In this document: positions 36,645 to 47,146 of the stretch, one piece after another | How the letters are laid out: each line of letters opens with the position of its first letter | Position numbering within the stretch: the first letter of the stretch is position 1 | NCBI GenBank assembly: GCA_044448685.1 | Contig: JBIOHC010000003.1 | Location: forward strand, 72,865 to 136,864 | DNA length: 64,000 nt | Direction: 5' to 3' | Source: Bacteroidia bacterium | Lineage (GTDB): Bacteria; Bacteroidota; Bacteroidia; Palsa-965 | Position numbers and translations under genes: made by a program | Notes under the pieces: generated by a model | Database searches by the model: none | What the model saw: the letters and a program-made list of their open reading frames with translations, nothing else | Told to the model about the DNA's origin: nothing

Positions 36645-37415
36645 TTATCCTTGATTACGGTTAGGCAATTGTTGCAATGCTTGTTCGGCTGCTATCTGTT
36701 CCGCTTTCTTTTTAGAGATGCTTTGGCCTTTGCCAAAAGCCTGCTGATCAATACGGGCTTCCACCACATAGTGTTTTTCATGTCCGTTCATCACTTCTTC
36801 AATGACGACAAACGCAAATGCTTTCTTTTCTTTCTGGGCCCATTCAATGAACTTACTCTTGAAATCTGTTTCTGTCTGTTCAATTTCCTCCATATCCAGA
36901 TGCTGGGGGATTATTTTATCCTGAATAAAACGATAGGCAAAAACATAGCCTTTATCCATATAGATGGCTCCGATCAGGGCTTCGAATACATCTCCGTGTA
37001 CGGAATGGCTGTTACGGGAAAAACCGAAATCGGCATCTATGAATTGTTGCAGACCGAATCGCTGGGAAAGTTTATTGAGCTGGTTACGGCTTACGATTTT
37101 AGAGCGCATTTTGGTCAGGAATCCTTCGTCTTTGAACGGAAATTTCTTGTAGAGGTAATCGGCAATGATGGTACTGAGTACGGCATCGCCTAAAAATTCA
37201 AGACGTTCATAACTGTCTTTCACCCCGTCTTTTATTTCGGGTGCTGCCGAGCTGTGTGTAAAAGCTTTGCGGTAAAGGGAAATATGATCCGGATAAAAAC
37301 CCAGGACATTTTTCAGTGATTCCCGGAATTTTCTGTCTTTAGAGAAAAATGTCCTGAATCGTCCGAACAAGAGGTGGGGATTAAGCGGTGTATTTTTTGA
37401 AGATGACCGAAGCAT
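36645..37415 (-). CDS. rnc: Ribonuclease III.
   Basis: RNase III signature ERLEFLGDAVL and a C-terminal dsRBD. The first ATG at 37415 overlaps the fabF stop by 35 nt, so a downstream non-ATG start is possible. Confidence 0.85.
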   Translation of the reverse strand: MLRSSSKNTPLNPHLLFGRFRTFFSKDRKFRESLKNVLGFYPDHISLYRKAFTHSSAAPEIKDGVKDSYERLEFLGDAVLSTIIADYLYKKFPFKDEGFLTKMRSKIVSRNQLNKLSQRFGLQQFIDADFGFSRNSHSVHGDVFEALIGAIYMDKGYVFAYRFIQDKIIPQHLDMEEIEQTETDFKSKFIEWAQKEKKAFAFVVIEEVMNGHEKHYVVEARIDQQAFGKGQSISKKKAEQIAAEQALQQLPNRNQG

Positions 37416-38634
37416 TATGGCCTCCGAAACCGAAGGTATTGCTTAAGGCTGCCCTTACCACCCTTTTCTGTGCTTTGTGGAAGGTAAAGTTCAGTTTGGG
37501 GTCCAGTGCCGGATCATCCGTAAAATGGTTGATGGTGGGAGGAACCAGGTCGTGTTTGATGGCGAGTATGCATGCCGTAGCTTCGATAGCACCGGCAGCA
37601 CCCAGCAAATGTCCTGTCATCGATTTGGTAGAACTGATATTGAGCTTGTAAGCATCTGCTCCGAACACACCCAGGATAGCTTTTGTTTCGGCTACATCAC
37701 CCAGGGGGGTTGATGTACCATGCACATTGATATAATCAATGTCGGAAGTCTTAAGTCCTGCATCTTCCAGAGAGAGGCGCATGACATTGAGAGCTCCGAG
37801 TCCTTCCGGATGCGGAGCTGTAATGTGGTTGGCATCGGCAGTCAGACCGCCTCCGCATAATTCGGCATAGATTTTAGCACCCCGTTTGAGTGCATGTTCC
37901 AGTTCTTCGACAATAATACAACAGCCTCCTTCACCGAGTACAAATCCATCCCGTTCCAGGTCAAAGGGACGGGAAGCTGTTGCAGGGGAGTCATTTCGGG
38001 TCGAAAGTGCATGCATGGCATTGAACCCTCCGATACCACTTTCATTGACAGCGGCTTCCGAACCTCCGGCAACAATAATATCGGCCTTACCCAAACGGAT
38101 GGTATTCAAAGCATCGATCAGGGCATTGGTTGAAGAAGCACAGGCTGAGACAGTGGTGTAATTGGGTCCGCGGAAACCGAACATGATTGAAATATGTCCG
38201 GAACAGATATCCGCAATCATTTTAGGAATAAAGAACGGATTGAAGCGGGGGGTCCCGTCTCCTTTTCCGAAAGCAAGCACTTCATCCTGGAAGGTTTTTA
38301 AGCCTCCTATACCGGAGCCCCAGATAACGCCCACCCGATCCGGGTTGGCGTTTTCCTTGGTTATTCCTGCATCCGCTACGGCCTGCATGGAAGCAACGAT
38401 ACCGTAATGGCAAAAGGGATCTACTTTTCTGGCTTCTTTGCGGTCGAGGAAATCTTCCACATTGAAATTCTTTACTTCACATGCAAAACGGGTTTTGAAT
38501 TTACTTGCATCAAACCGTGTAATAGGTGCCGCCCCGCTTACCCCGTTGCAGAGGTTATTCCAGTAGGACGTCACATCATTACCGAGCGGTGTTATCGCTC
38601 CAAGGCCGGTAACTACAACCCGTTTAAATTGCAT
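37381..38634 (-). CDS. fabF: Beta-ketoacyl-ACP synthase II.
   Basis: 417 aa. Active-site Cys region (YTTVSACASS) and His-His motifs. It is co-located with acpP. Confidence 0.9.
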   Translation of the reverse strand: MQFKRVVVTGLGAITPLGNDVTSYWNNLCNGVSGAAPITRFDASKFKTRFACEVKNFNVEDFLDRKEARKVDPFCHYGIVASMQAVADAGITKENANPDRVGVIWGSGIGGLKTFQDEVLAFGKGDGTPRFNPFFIPKMIADICSGHISIMFGFRGPNYTTVSACASSTNALIDALNTIRLGKADIIVAGGSEAAVNESGIGGFNAMHALSTRNDSPATASRPFDLERDGFVLGEGGCCIIVEELEHALKRGAKIYAELCGGGLTADANHITAPHPEGLGALNVMRLSLEDAGLKTSDIDYINVHGTSTPLGDVAETKAILGVFGADAYKLNISSTKSMTGHLLGAAGAIEATACILAIKHDLVPPTINHFTDDPALDPKLNFTFHKAQKRVVRAALSNTFGFGGHNASVIFKKYTA

Positions 38635-38652
38635 AATCTGCTGTCAGTTAAC

Positions 38653-38889
38653 TTATTTCGCGTTAGCTTCTATGTAGGTAATCGCCTCTCCAACTGTGTT
38701 GATTTTTTCTGCCTGATCATCGGGTATGGCAATATTGAATTCCTTTTCAAACTCCATAATCAATTCAACAGTATCCAGAGAATCAGCTCCCAAATCATTG
38801 GTAAAGCTGGCTTGAGGAGTTACTTCTTTTTCATCAACTCCAAGTTTGTCAACGATAATTGACTTAACTTTTGCTGCGATGTCTGACAT
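38653..38889 (-). CDS. acpP: Acyl carrier protein.
   Basis: 78 aa. Phosphopantetheine attachment motif DLGADSLD. Confidence 0.9.
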   Translation of the reverse strand: MSDIAAKVKSIIVDKLGVDEKEVTPQASFTNDLGADSLDTVELIMEFEKEFNIAIPDDQAEKINTVGEAITYIEANAK

Positions 38890-39028
38890 TTTATCTTAGG
38901 TTTTAGTGTATAAATTTGGTGCAAAGATATATTTATTGTAGAAATGGCAAAAATCTATGGGATTTGAATGATTTTAACCGGGTTGGTATAAAAGAACCGG
39001 GAGGCGAAATTAAGACTATTTTTGTGCC

Positions 39029-39598
39029 GTGAAGAAAATTTGTGTCTTTGCTTCCGGAAATGGCAGCAATGCTGAAAAAATCATCCGTTATTTCAGGGAC
39101 AGGCATGATGCCTGCGTAGCCCTGGTTGTTACAAATAACCCCCGGGCGGGTGTTATTGAAAAAGCCCGGAACCTTGGTATTCCTGTGTATTGTTGCAGTA
39201 TGGAGGAGCTTAAGTCGTCTGAAGGCCTGTGTGTCAGGCTTTCACATGAAAAAATGGACCTTTTGGTACTGGCCGGATTTCTGCGTCTCATCCCCCCTGC
39301 ACTGTTAAAAGCTTTCCCTGACCGCATTATCAATATTCACCCTGCCCTGTTACCCAAATTCGGGGGCAAAGGCATGCATGGAATACATGTACATCAGGCT
39401 GTAATTGATGCGGGTGAAAAGGAAAGCGGTATTACCATACACCGGGTCAATGAACACTATGATGAAGGGGCTATATTACTTCAGAAAACATGTCCTGTAC
39501 TTCCCGGTGACAGTGCTGAAGATCTGGCAAGGAGGGTTCTGGATCTTGAACATCGCTATTATCCTTCTCTTATCGGGACTCTAGTGGGAAGTACCTGA
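39029..39598 (+). CDS. purN: Phosphoribosylglycinamide formyltransferase.
   Basis: 189 aa. KICVFASGNGSN N-terminus and the formyl-transferase core (VLAGFLRLI ... NIHPALLP). It has a GTG start. Confidence 0.85.
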   Translation: MKKICVFASGNGSNAEKIIRYFRDRHDACVALVVTNNPRAGVIEKARNLGIPVYCCSMEELKSSEGLCVRLSHEKMDLLVLAGFLRLIPPALLKAFPDRIINIHPALLPKFGGKGMHGIHVHQAVIDAGEKESGITIHRVNEHYDEGAILLQKTCPVLPGDSAEDLARRVLDLEHRYYPSLIGTLVGST

Positions 39599-39643
39599 TT
39601 TATTGCCTTTTTTTTTTCTGTTTTATTCACTATCCTTGCCTCC

Positions 39644-40897
39644 ATGAGTTTTGTCTCCCGTCTTCTCTTTTCCAGCAAGTCCCGGGATGGTCAGGATATC
39701 ATTGAGATGAACCGGGGGCTGGTCATACGCCAGTTCACAATCATCACCCTTGTTTTTACGGTTGCCGGAGCGTTCAATCCCTTGTTTTTCCATGAGTACA
39801 CTCCGGTTCTGGTATGCGCAGTACTTTGTATTCCACTGATCATGAGCTGGTATTTGAATAAGCAAGGCAACCTTGATACTGCAGCAACCCTGGTTCTTAT
39901 TGTTGTCAATCTTCAGATATTCTATTTTACTTCCTATTTCGGGATGCAAAGCGGCATTTATGTTTTCTACTTTCCTTCTGCCATGTGCTCGGCCTTTCTT
40001 TTCAGCTGGAGCAGGAAGCGGGGCTTGTTGCTTGGTCATATAGGCCTGGTTTTTTTGCTATGTGCTTTGTTGCTGACCCCGGCACGTACTCTTTTTACCG
40101 GCAGGCCTATAAACGGACTTTCGCTCAGCCAGGTTCTTACTTTTGATCTTGTTATCTGTGTCTGCCTGCTTATTTACTTTATACAACTTGTAACCCGTAC
40201 CAGCATATTGCGTCAGAAGGAACTGCTGCGGTATATTGAAGAGCGTACAGAATCGGAAGCAAGCATCAGGGCTTCGCTGAAGGAAAAAGAAACACTGCTG
40301 GCCGAAGTCCACCACCGGGTAAAGAATAACCTGGCCGTGATTTCCGGATTGCTGAACCTGCAGATGCATTCGGCCAAGAATGATTATACACGCAATGTAT
40401 TGCTCGACTGCAAAAGCAGGGTATCATCCATGGCTTTGGTACATGAAAAGCTATATAAAAGTCAAAGCCTGTCGGAAATAAATCTTCATAATTATCTTCC
40501 CGACCTTATCCGGGAAATACGTAATTCCTTCGAGGATTATGATGAACAAATCAAGGTGAAGCTATCGGTTCCTGATGTGTTACTGACTGTATCGGAAGCC
40601 ATACCCTGCGGGCTTATTTTGAACGAGCTTGTGACGAACTCATTCAAACATGCTTTCCCTGTAAAGAATAATGCCGAAATCGGGATTACCGTAAAACGGA
40701 TCGGGAAGCAAGTGCATATTTTTGTTTCTGATAACGGCATAGGAATGCCGGAAAAGGTTGATCCTTTAAAGGCAGAAAGCCTGGGTCTGATCCTCATTCA
40801 GAGCCTAGCCGATCAGGTTGGAGGGGAATACGAATTCAAAAATACCTGTGGCACACACTTTTCTCTTATTTTTACACCCAAAGAATTACTTGTATGA
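39644..40897 (+). CDS. Membrane sensor histidine kinase (HisKA_2-type). No response regulator is adjacent.
   Basis: 417 aa. About six N-terminal transmembrane helices, an H-box (EVHHRVKNNLAVISGLLNLQ) typical of HisKA_2, and a HATPase_c domain (ELVTNSFKHAF ... DNGIGMP ... GLGL). Confidence 0.8.
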   Translation: MSFVSRLLFSSKSRDGQDIIEMNRGLVIRQFTIITLVFTVAGAFNPLFFHEYTPVLVCAVLCIPLIMSWYLNKQGNLDTAATLVLIVVNLQIFYFTSYFGMQSGIYVFYFPSAMCSAFLFSWSRKRGLLLGHIGLVFLLCALLLTPARTLFTGRPINGLSLSQVLTFDLVICVCLLIYFIQLVTRTSILRQKELLRYIEERTESEASIRASLKEKETLLAEVHHRVKNNLAVISGLLNLQMHSAKNDYTRNVLLDCKSRVSSMALVHEKLYKSQSLSEINLHNYLPDLIREIRNSFEDYDEQIKVKLSVPDVLLTVSEAIPCGLILNELVTNSFKHAFPVKNNAEIGITVKRIGKQVHIFVSDNGIGMPEKVDPLKAESLGLILIQSLADQVGGEYEFKNTCGTHFSLIFTPKELLV

Positions 40898-41697
40898 ACA
40901 CCCTAACTGATCTGATGAAAACATTCGAAAATCTGACTTATAATGTGGAGGCTGGAATCTGCACAATAACGATTAACCGGCCTGACAAACTGAATGCCCT
41001 GAACCGCCAAACCATTTCTGAATTAAGCAAAGCACATCAGCAGGCCTTGCTGGATCAGGATGTATACGGAATTATTCTTACCGGGTCGGGCCCCAAAGCA
41101 TTCGTTGCCGGAGCCGATATCAGTGAGTTTATTGATCTGGATCCTGTACAGGGTATGAAGATGGCACAGGCTGGTCAGGATGTATTTAAATCTATTGAAC
41201 TTTCAGCCAAGCCGGTCATCGCTGCTGTGAATGGTTTTGCACTGGGAGGAGGAAGTGAACTGGCCATGTCTTGTCAGGTACGCATTGCTTCAGACACTGC
41301 CCGGTTCGGACAGCCTGAAGTCAATTTGGGCCTTATACCCGGTTATGGTGGCACACAACGTCTGACCCAGTTTATAGGCCGGGGTAAAGCCCTTGAACTG
41401 CTCCTTACAGCTGATATGATTGGAGCTGCCGAAGCTTTACAGCTCGGACTGGTAAATTATGTCACCACGGCGGATGCGCTGATTCCTAAATGTGTGGAAC
41501 TGCTCGGCAAAATGAAAACCAAATCACCCCTTGCTCTTGCAGGTGTGATCCGTTCGGTAAACGCCTATTATGATAAAGGTCAGGATGGATTCCGGAAAGA
41601 GGTCGAAGAATTCGGAAAATGTTTTTCTACTGAAGATTTCCGGGAAGGAACGAATGCTTTTTTGGAGAAAAGGAAGGCTTCCTTTAAAGGGAAATAG
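40894..41697 (+). CDS. Enoyl-CoA hydratase/isomerase (crotonase) family protein.
   Basis: 267 aa. Crotonase fold motifs (GICTITINRPDKLNAL ... FVAGADISEF ... AAVNGFALGGGSELAMSC). The start overlaps the kinase stop (ATGA). Confidence 0.8.
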   Translation: MNTLTDLMKTFENLTYNVEAGICTITINRPDKLNALNRQTISELSKAHQQALLDQDVYGIILTGSGPKAFVAGADISEFIDLDPVQGMKMAQAGQDVFKSIELSAKPVIAAVNGFALGGGSELAMSCQVRIASDTARFGQPEVNLGLIPGYGGTQRLTQFIGRGKALELLLTADMIGAAEALQLGLVNYVTTADALIPKCVELLGKMKTKSPLALAGVIRSVNAYYDKGQDGFRKEVEEFGKCFSTEDFREGTNAFLEKRKASFKGK

Positions 41698-41707
41698 ACA
41701 TAAGAGG

Positions 41708-41752
41708 CAAGACACAAGACTACATTCAAACGATCCTCTGTCTTGTGTCTTG
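41708..41752. terminator. Bidirectional hairpin terminator between convergent genes.
   Basis: Perfect 13-bp inverted repeat CAAGACACAAGAC - 19-nt loop - GTCTTGTGTCTTG. Confidence 0.5.
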
Positions 41753-41762
41753 ATTCTAGTGT

Positions 41763-42254
41763 CTATTTACCTGTCTTAATATAAGAGTCCTCATCTTTCT
41801 CATAGAAGAAGCTCAGCCCCTTGTATTGAGTGATAAATTTCCGAAGATCGGCTGATGTCGTGAATTTTTCATCAATATTCTGGGTTACGGACTGAAGCTT
41901 GCACATATTATCACCTCCGCTCATATCTATACGGTAGAGGTAGTATGTTTTAGGGTTTGCTTTTTCTTCATAGATATTGAAGAATTTATCTCCTGCTACA
42001 TCGGAAACAAATCCCATATACACTGTTTTTTCACCGGACGAGACGGTCGTCTTTTCAATTTTATAATTGAATTCGTCGGTCTTGCTTACCAGGTATGAAT
42101 AGTCTGTTGAGCTTCGCTGCTCCCATTTGCCCACCAGTGCAGGCATCACTTTCACCGTTGGTTTTTCATCAATGGCGATTTCGGTTCCGTAAGGACAGCC
42201 CATGAACAACATGGATACAGCCAGTACCAGCCCGAGTTGTTTTAATTTTTTCAT
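41763..42254 (-). CDS. Hypothetical lipoprotein.
   Basis: Start taken at MKKLKQLGLVLAVSMLFMGC, a lipoprotein signal with a Cys lipobox. About 163 aa. No recognisable domain. Confidence 0.4.
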   Translation of the reverse strand: MKKLKQLGLVLAVSMLFMGCPYGTEIAIDEKPTVKVMPALVGKWEQRSSTDYSYLVSKTDEFNYKIEKTTVSSGEKTVYMGFVSDVAGDKFFNIYEEKANPKTYYLYRIDMSGGDNMCKLQSVTQNIDEKFTTSADLRKFITQYKGLSFFYEKDEDSYIKTGK

Positions 42255-42377
42255 TCTGTAAGGGGTTTTTGGTTGGATGAACAAATGTATTTATTATTTG
42301 AAGCACCCTTGTTAAACGAGGAATAAAAATTGTGTTGTTGATGATTTTGTACCTTCGCAGCAAACCTGCTTGATAGC

Positions 42378-43877
42378 TTGGCAAACCTGCATAGAAAACT
42401 GGCTGGTCAGACGGCTGTATACGGATTCAGCACGATTTTTGGCCGCCTGTTAAACTATTTACTTATTCCTCTTTATACCCGGATGTTTCTGCCGGCCGAA
42501 CTGGGCGTTTTTGTTGAATTCTATGCCTATGTCTCCTTCCTGGTCATCATTCTTACCTATGGAATGGAAACAGCCTTTTTCAATTTCAGTGCAAAGGAAG
42601 AAAATACAGATACTGTATACAGTACTGCCTTGCTGTCGCTGCTTGTTTCCACCTGCCTGTTCCTGCTTCCGGTATTCTTTTTTACCGGCTCCCTTTCATC
42701 TGTTCTCCGTCATCCCGATCATCCTGAATATATAACCTGGATAGGCCTTATCATTGCTCTGGATGCTTTCACATCCATCCCTTTTGCCCGGCTCAGGCAT
42801 CAGAACAGGGCTATGAAATTTGCATCTATCAAAATGATCAACATAGGAGCCAATATAGGATTCAATCTCTTTTTTATTGCCCTTTGCAAACCGGCCTATG
42901 AAAACCCCGACTCCTGGTTTCATACCATGGCACTTCAGGTTTACAGACCTGAAATCGGGGTCGGTTATATTTTTATTTCCAACCTCGTTGCCAGTCTGGT
43001 AGCCCTGCTGCTGCTCATGCCCGAAATGTTCCGTATCCGTATGCATTTTGATCCTGTGTTGTGGAAAAAAATGATGCGCTATGCGCTTCCTTTGCTTATT
43101 GCCGGACTGGCAGGAATGACAAATGAAACGGGCGACAGGATATTGCTTAAATACCTTTTACCGGCCGATATCTCCGATGCTCAGGTGGGTATTTACGGAA
43201 ACTGTTACCGTATTTCCATCATCATGACCATTTTTATCCAGACTTTCCGGTATGCTGCCGAACCTTTTTTCTTCTCCCAGGCCAAAGAATCCAATTCAAG
43301 CCAGGTTTATGCCGATGTGATGAAATATTTTGTCATCATCTGCTCTCTCATCTTTCTGGGCACCATGCTGAATATGTCATGGATACAGGCATTTGTCGGT
43401 CCCCGCTTCCGTTCCGGATTGGGTGTTGTTCCTATCCTGTTACTTGCCAATCTGTGTCTGGGTATATTTTTTAATCTCAGTATCTGGTACAAACTGAGTG
43501 GCCAGACCCGTTTCGGTGCCTATCTGACCATTTACGGAGCCATTGTCACGTTGGTCCTGAATTTTCTCTGGATTCCCTCCAAAGGAACTTTCGGAGGGTA
43601 TATGGGCTCAGCCTGGGCTACCCTGATTTGTTATGCCAGCATGATGATCCTCTCGTATATCATAGGGCAACGGAAATACCCTATTGGGTATGACCTTGCT
43701 CGTATTTTGGGATACCTTTTTATATCCTTAACTTTGTATGCTTTGGGGCGATTTATACATACCGGACATGGTATGGTTGACCTGCTCCTAAAAAACGCAT
43801 TGCTTCTGGTCTTTCTTTCCCTCATCTATGTTATGGAAAAGGAGAATCTTAAAGCCATTATTTCCCGTAAGTCATGA
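42378..43877 (+). CDS. Oligosaccharide flippase-family membrane protein (Wzx/MOP superfamily, polysaccharide biosynthesis protein).
   Basis: 499 aa. About 12-14 transmembrane helices. The N-terminal pattern ([26 protein letters not shown]) is typical of polysaccharide biosynthesis/flippase proteins. It has a TTG start. Confidence 0.7.
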   Translation: MANLHRKLAGQTAVYGFSTIFGRLLNYLLIPLYTRMFLPAELGVFVEFYAYVSFLVIILTYGMETAFFNFSAKEENTDTVYSTALLSLLVSTCLFLLPVFFFTGSLSSVLRHPDHPEYITWIGLIIALDAFTSIPFARLRHQNRAMKFASIKMINIGANIGFNLFFIALCKPAYENPDSWFHTMALQVYRPEIGVGYIFISNLVASLVALLLLMPEMFRIRMHFDPVLWKKMMRYALPLLIAGLAGMTNETGDRILLKYLLPADISDAQVGIYGNCYRISIIMTIFIQTFRYAAEPFFFSQAKESNSSQVYADVMKYFVIICSLIFLGTMLNMSWIQAFVGPRFRSGLGVVPILLLANLCLGIFFNLSIWYKLSGQTRFGAYLTIYGAIVTLVLNFLWIPSKGTFGGYMGSAWATLICYASMMILSYIIGQRKYPIGYDLARILGYLFISLTLYALGRFIHTGHGMVDLLLKNALLLVFLSLIYVMEKENLKAIISRKS

Positions 43878-44308
43878 AAATAAGGATTATCAATCAGTCG
43901 GGTTATCCGCTGCCGGCATACGCTACGGCAGGTGCGGCGGGAATAGATTTGCGTGCACAGCTGACAGAAGATCTGCTGCTCGGCCCCCTACAGCGCTATG
44001 CGGTACCTACAGGACTGTTCATGGAAATACCAATAGGGTTTGAAGCTCAGATAAGGCCACGCAGCGGACTGGCTTTTAAACACGGTATCACCGTTCTTAA
44101 TTCGCCGGGTACTATTGATGCTGATTACAGGGGTGAAATTAAGGTGATATTGGTGAACCTTTCTAATGATGCCTATACTATCGTGAAAGGGGAGCGTATT
44201 GCACAGCTGGTCATCGCAAAACATGAGCATGCTGAATGGGATCAGGTTGAAATATTGGATGAAACAGATCGTGGCTCAGGAGGATTCGGGCACAGTGGAA
44301 AAATGTAA
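43874..44308 (+). CDS. dut: dUTP diphosphatase.
   Basis: 144 aa. dUTPase motifs ([53 protein letters not shown]). Confidence 0.9.
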   Translation: MKIRIINQSGYPLPAYATAGAAGIDLRAQLTEDLLLGPLQRYAVPTGLFMEIPIGFEAQIRPRSGLAFKHGITVLNSPGTIDADYRGEIKVILVNLSNDAYTIVKGERIAQLVIAKHEHAEWDQVEILDETDRGSGGFGHSGKM

Positions 44309-44345
44309 TTTTTCAGTAAAATAAGAACCAACATTATTCTGATTT

Positions 44346-45359
44346 ATGAAGATTATTGTACCCATGGCTGGAATGGGAAAAAGGATGCGTCCTCACACAC
44401 TGACAATTCCCAAACCCCTCATCCCTGTTGCCGGAAAACCGATTGTTCAGCGCCTTGTTGAAGATATCGCAAAAGTATGCCAGGAGCCTGTTGAAGAAGT
44501 TGCCTTTATCATAGGTCCCGCCTTTGGCAAGGAAGTGGAAGCAAGTCTGAAAGCTGTAGCTGAAAAGCTGGGTGCCAAAAGCAGTATCTATTACCAGGAG
44601 GAAGCCCTTGGAACAGCTCATGCAATTTATTGTGCCCAGGCATCCTTATCCGGTAAAGTTGTCGTTGCTTTTGCCGATACTTTGTTCAAGGCCGACTTCA
44701 AGCTTGATTCGGGACAGGAAGGCATTATCTGGGTTCAGAAAATTGAAGACCCGCGTGCATTCGGCGTTGTTAAAGTGAACAAAGGCAATATCATTACGGA
44801 TTTTGTTGAAAAGCCTGAAACATTTGTTTCTGACCTGGCAATAATCGGAATTTATTATTTCCATGACGGAGACAACCTGCGTAAAGAAATCAAATACCTG
44901 CTTGATAACAATATTCGTGATAAAGGGGAATACCAGCTTACCAATGCCCTTGAGAACATGAAGAACAAAGGGCTTCGGTTTTCGCCCGGCAAGGTGAGTG
45001 AATGGCTGGATTGTGGTAATAAAAATGCAACGGTGTATACCAACCAGCGTGTACTGGAGTTTGTTAAAGATCAGGAACTGCTTGTTGCAAAGAGTGTGAA
45101 ACAAACAGACAGCCGGATCATTCCTCCCTGTTATCTGGGCGAAAATGTGGTGCTGCTCAATTCCACCATTGGCCCCCATGTCAGTATCGGCGCCAATACA
45201 ACTGTTGAAAACTCCGTTATTAAGAACAGTATTATTCAGGAAAACACAAAGATTTATCAGAGTAATATTGTGAATTCGATGGTAGGAAGCCATGCTGAAC
45301 TAAGCGGGCTTGATGCCGAGCTGAGTGTCGGCGATTATAATGCTATTCACAACAAATGA
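44346..45359 (+). CDS. Sugar-phosphate nucleotidyltransferase with a C-terminal left-handed beta-helix (GlmU/RmlA-like NTP transferase).
   Basis: 337 aa. VPMAGMGKRMRP ... KPLIPVAGKPIV N-terminal NTP-transferase motif, and C-terminal hexapeptide repeats. Confidence 0.7.
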   Translation: MKIIVPMAGMGKRMRPHTLTIPKPLIPVAGKPIVQRLVEDIAKVCQEPVEEVAFIIGPAFGKEVEASLKAVAEKLGAKSSIYYQEEALGTAHAIYCAQASLSGKVVVAFADTLFKADFKLDSGQEGIIWVQKIEDPRAFGVVKVNKGNIITDFVEKPETFVSDLAIIGIYYFHDGDNLRKEIKYLLDNNIRDKGEYQLTNALENMKNKGLRFSPGKVSEWLDCGNKNATVYTNQRVLEFVKDQELLVAKSVKQTDSRIIPPCYLGENVVLLNSTIGPHVSIGANTTVENSVIKNSIIQENTKIYQSNIVNSMVGSHAELSGLDAELSVGDYNAIHNK

Positions 45360-47146
45360 TGCCTATTCGTGCCCGTCATTGTTTTCTTCTTTCCGCTGTT
45401 TTCTCTGTTTTGCTGCTTCATTCCTGCAAACTTCGGGAACATACACATCCCGGTCCGGGTACAGTATCTGGTCCGGCAGAGGGCAGTGTGGAAGAACTGA
45501 AAAGAAGATTCGGAGACGCCTGCAAGGAAAAAATCAAGGGAAATATAGAGCTGGCGGCAACCGGATTCAATGACTGCATTCATCTGGATCCGAACAATGC
45601 CGCTTCGCATTATGAACTTGCCGGAATTTATAACCAGCAGGAACGTAACGACCTGGCCCTGACTCATGCCAAAACCGCTGCAAGCCTGGATCCGAAAAAT
45701 GAGTGGTATCTCTACCTCTATGCCCAGATTCTTCAGGAAACCCATAAACCGGCCGAAGCTGCCGAAGCATTCCATAAGCTGATGACTCTGAATCCCGACA
45801 AACCTGAATACTATTATGGTTATTCGGATGCCCTGCTGTATGACGGAAAATACAAAGAAGCAATACGGGTGTATGAGGAGATAGAACAAAAACACGGAGC
45901 CTCGGAAGAAACAACACTTCAAAAGGCTAAAGTATATGACCGTATAGGCGAAACAGATAAAGCAGAATCCGAAATACATAAGCTGATAACCAAAGACCCT
46001 GCTGAAACCAAATACTATGTGTTTCTTTCCCAGCTTTTTCTGGATAAGGCTTCCGCTTTCAAAGCCAAAGGGAATACGGAAAAGGAACAGGAGATGACAG
46101 AGAAGGCTCATTCCCTTTATAAAGACCTGTTGAAAGCAGATCCCGGAAACCCCTACGCATTGCTTTCTCTGGCCGAATATTACCTTGGCAAGGAAAAACA
46201 TGACAGTGCCTTTGTAGAATATAAATCGGCACTGGAAAATCCCGATCTCGATATTGACAGTAAAGTTAAAGTGGCTCTTAAATATTTTTATGAGTCGGAA
46301 AAAGATGAAAAACTCAAACAGGAATGCGAAGAGTTGTGCCGTATTCTGATAAGTATCCATCCTAAAGAAGCGAAGGCTCATGCTGTTTATGGCGATTTCC
46401 TTTACAGGGAAAAACGAAAGGATGAAGCCAGAAAGGAATACAGAAAAGCCGTAGACCTTGACAAAAGCAAATATGTGATATGGAACCAGCTCCTGGTCAT
46501 TGATTCGGAACTCAATGATTATGCTGATATGCTGACCGACAGCAAGGAAAGCACAGAGCTCTTCCCCAGTATGCCGATTCCTTATTTCTTTTACGGACTG
46601 GCCCTTCTGCAGAACAGGAAATACGATGAGGCCATTGATGCTTTTAACGGTGGAGTGATTTATGTGCTCGATAACAAACCTCTGGAAAGCCAGTTCTATG
46701 CAAATCTGGGTGATGCTTACCATAAAATAAAAACCTACAAAAAATCGGACGATGCATATGACAAGGCACTGGCCCTTGACCCCGACAATGCTTATGTGCT
46801 GAACAATTATGCCTACTATCTGAGTCTGAGAAATGAAAATCTCGAAAAGGCTGAAAAGATGTCCAAACACTCGAACGACCTGGATACCAAGAATGCCAAC
46901 TTCCAGGATACCTATGCCTGGATTCTGTACCGCCAGGCTAAATATGATCAGGCCCTGGAATGGCAGAATAAAGCCCTTGGAGCCACTTCAGACCCAAGCG
47001 CTGTCATGCTGGAACATTACGGAGATATGTTGTTCCACCTGAATCGCCCGGAAGATGCCCTGAGCTACTGGCTGAAAGCAAAAACAAAAGGCGGGGGATC
47101 AGAATTCCTGGAGAAAAAAATTGCTGATAAAAAGCTGTATGAATAA
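45356..47146 (+). CDS. Tetratricopeptide-repeat lipoprotein.
   Basis: 596 aa. Lipoprotein signal (LLLHSC) and many TPR units throughout. Confidence 0.7.
   Translation: MMPIRARHCFLLSAVFSVLLLHSCKLREHTHPGPGTVSGPAEGSVEELKRRFGDACKEKIKGNIELAATGFNDCIHLDPNNAASHYELAGIYNQQERNDLALTHAKTAASLDPKNEWYLYLYAQILQETHKPAEAAEAFHKLMTLNPDKPEYYYGYSDALLYDGKYKEAIRVYEEIEQKHGASEETTLQKAKVYDRIGETDKAESEIHKLITKDPAETKYYVFLSQLFLDKASAFKAKGNTEKEQEMTEKAHSLYKDLLKADPGNPYALLSLAEYYLGKEKHDSAFVEYKSALENPDLDIDSKVKVALKYFYESEKDEKLKQECEELCRILISIHPKEAKAHAVYGDFLYREKRKDEARKEYRKAVDLDKSKYVIWNQLLVIDSELNDYADMLTDSKESTELFPSMPIPYFFYGLALLQNRKYDEAIDAFNGGVIYVLDNKPLESQFYANLGDAYHKIKTYKKSDDAYDKALALDPDNAYVLNNYAYYLSLRNENLEKAEKMSKHSNDLDTKNANFQDTYAWILYRQAKYDQALEWQNKALGATSDPSAVMLEHYGDMLFHLNRPEDALSYWLKAKTKGGGSEFLEKKIADKKLYE

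Noticed and set aside
39029-39040. TATTTTTG -7-like box at 39017..39024 as the purN promoter.
   Set aside because: It lies only 5 nt before the annotated GTG start, which would put the transcription start inside the ORF. The spacing is inconsistent, so it was not called.
45347-46870. 507-aa minus-strand ORF.
   Set aside because: It lies entirely antisense to the well-supported TPR lipoprotein gene. It is low-complexity and Phe/Ile-rich, has no motifs, and is typical of a spurious antisense ORF in an AT-biased codon context.
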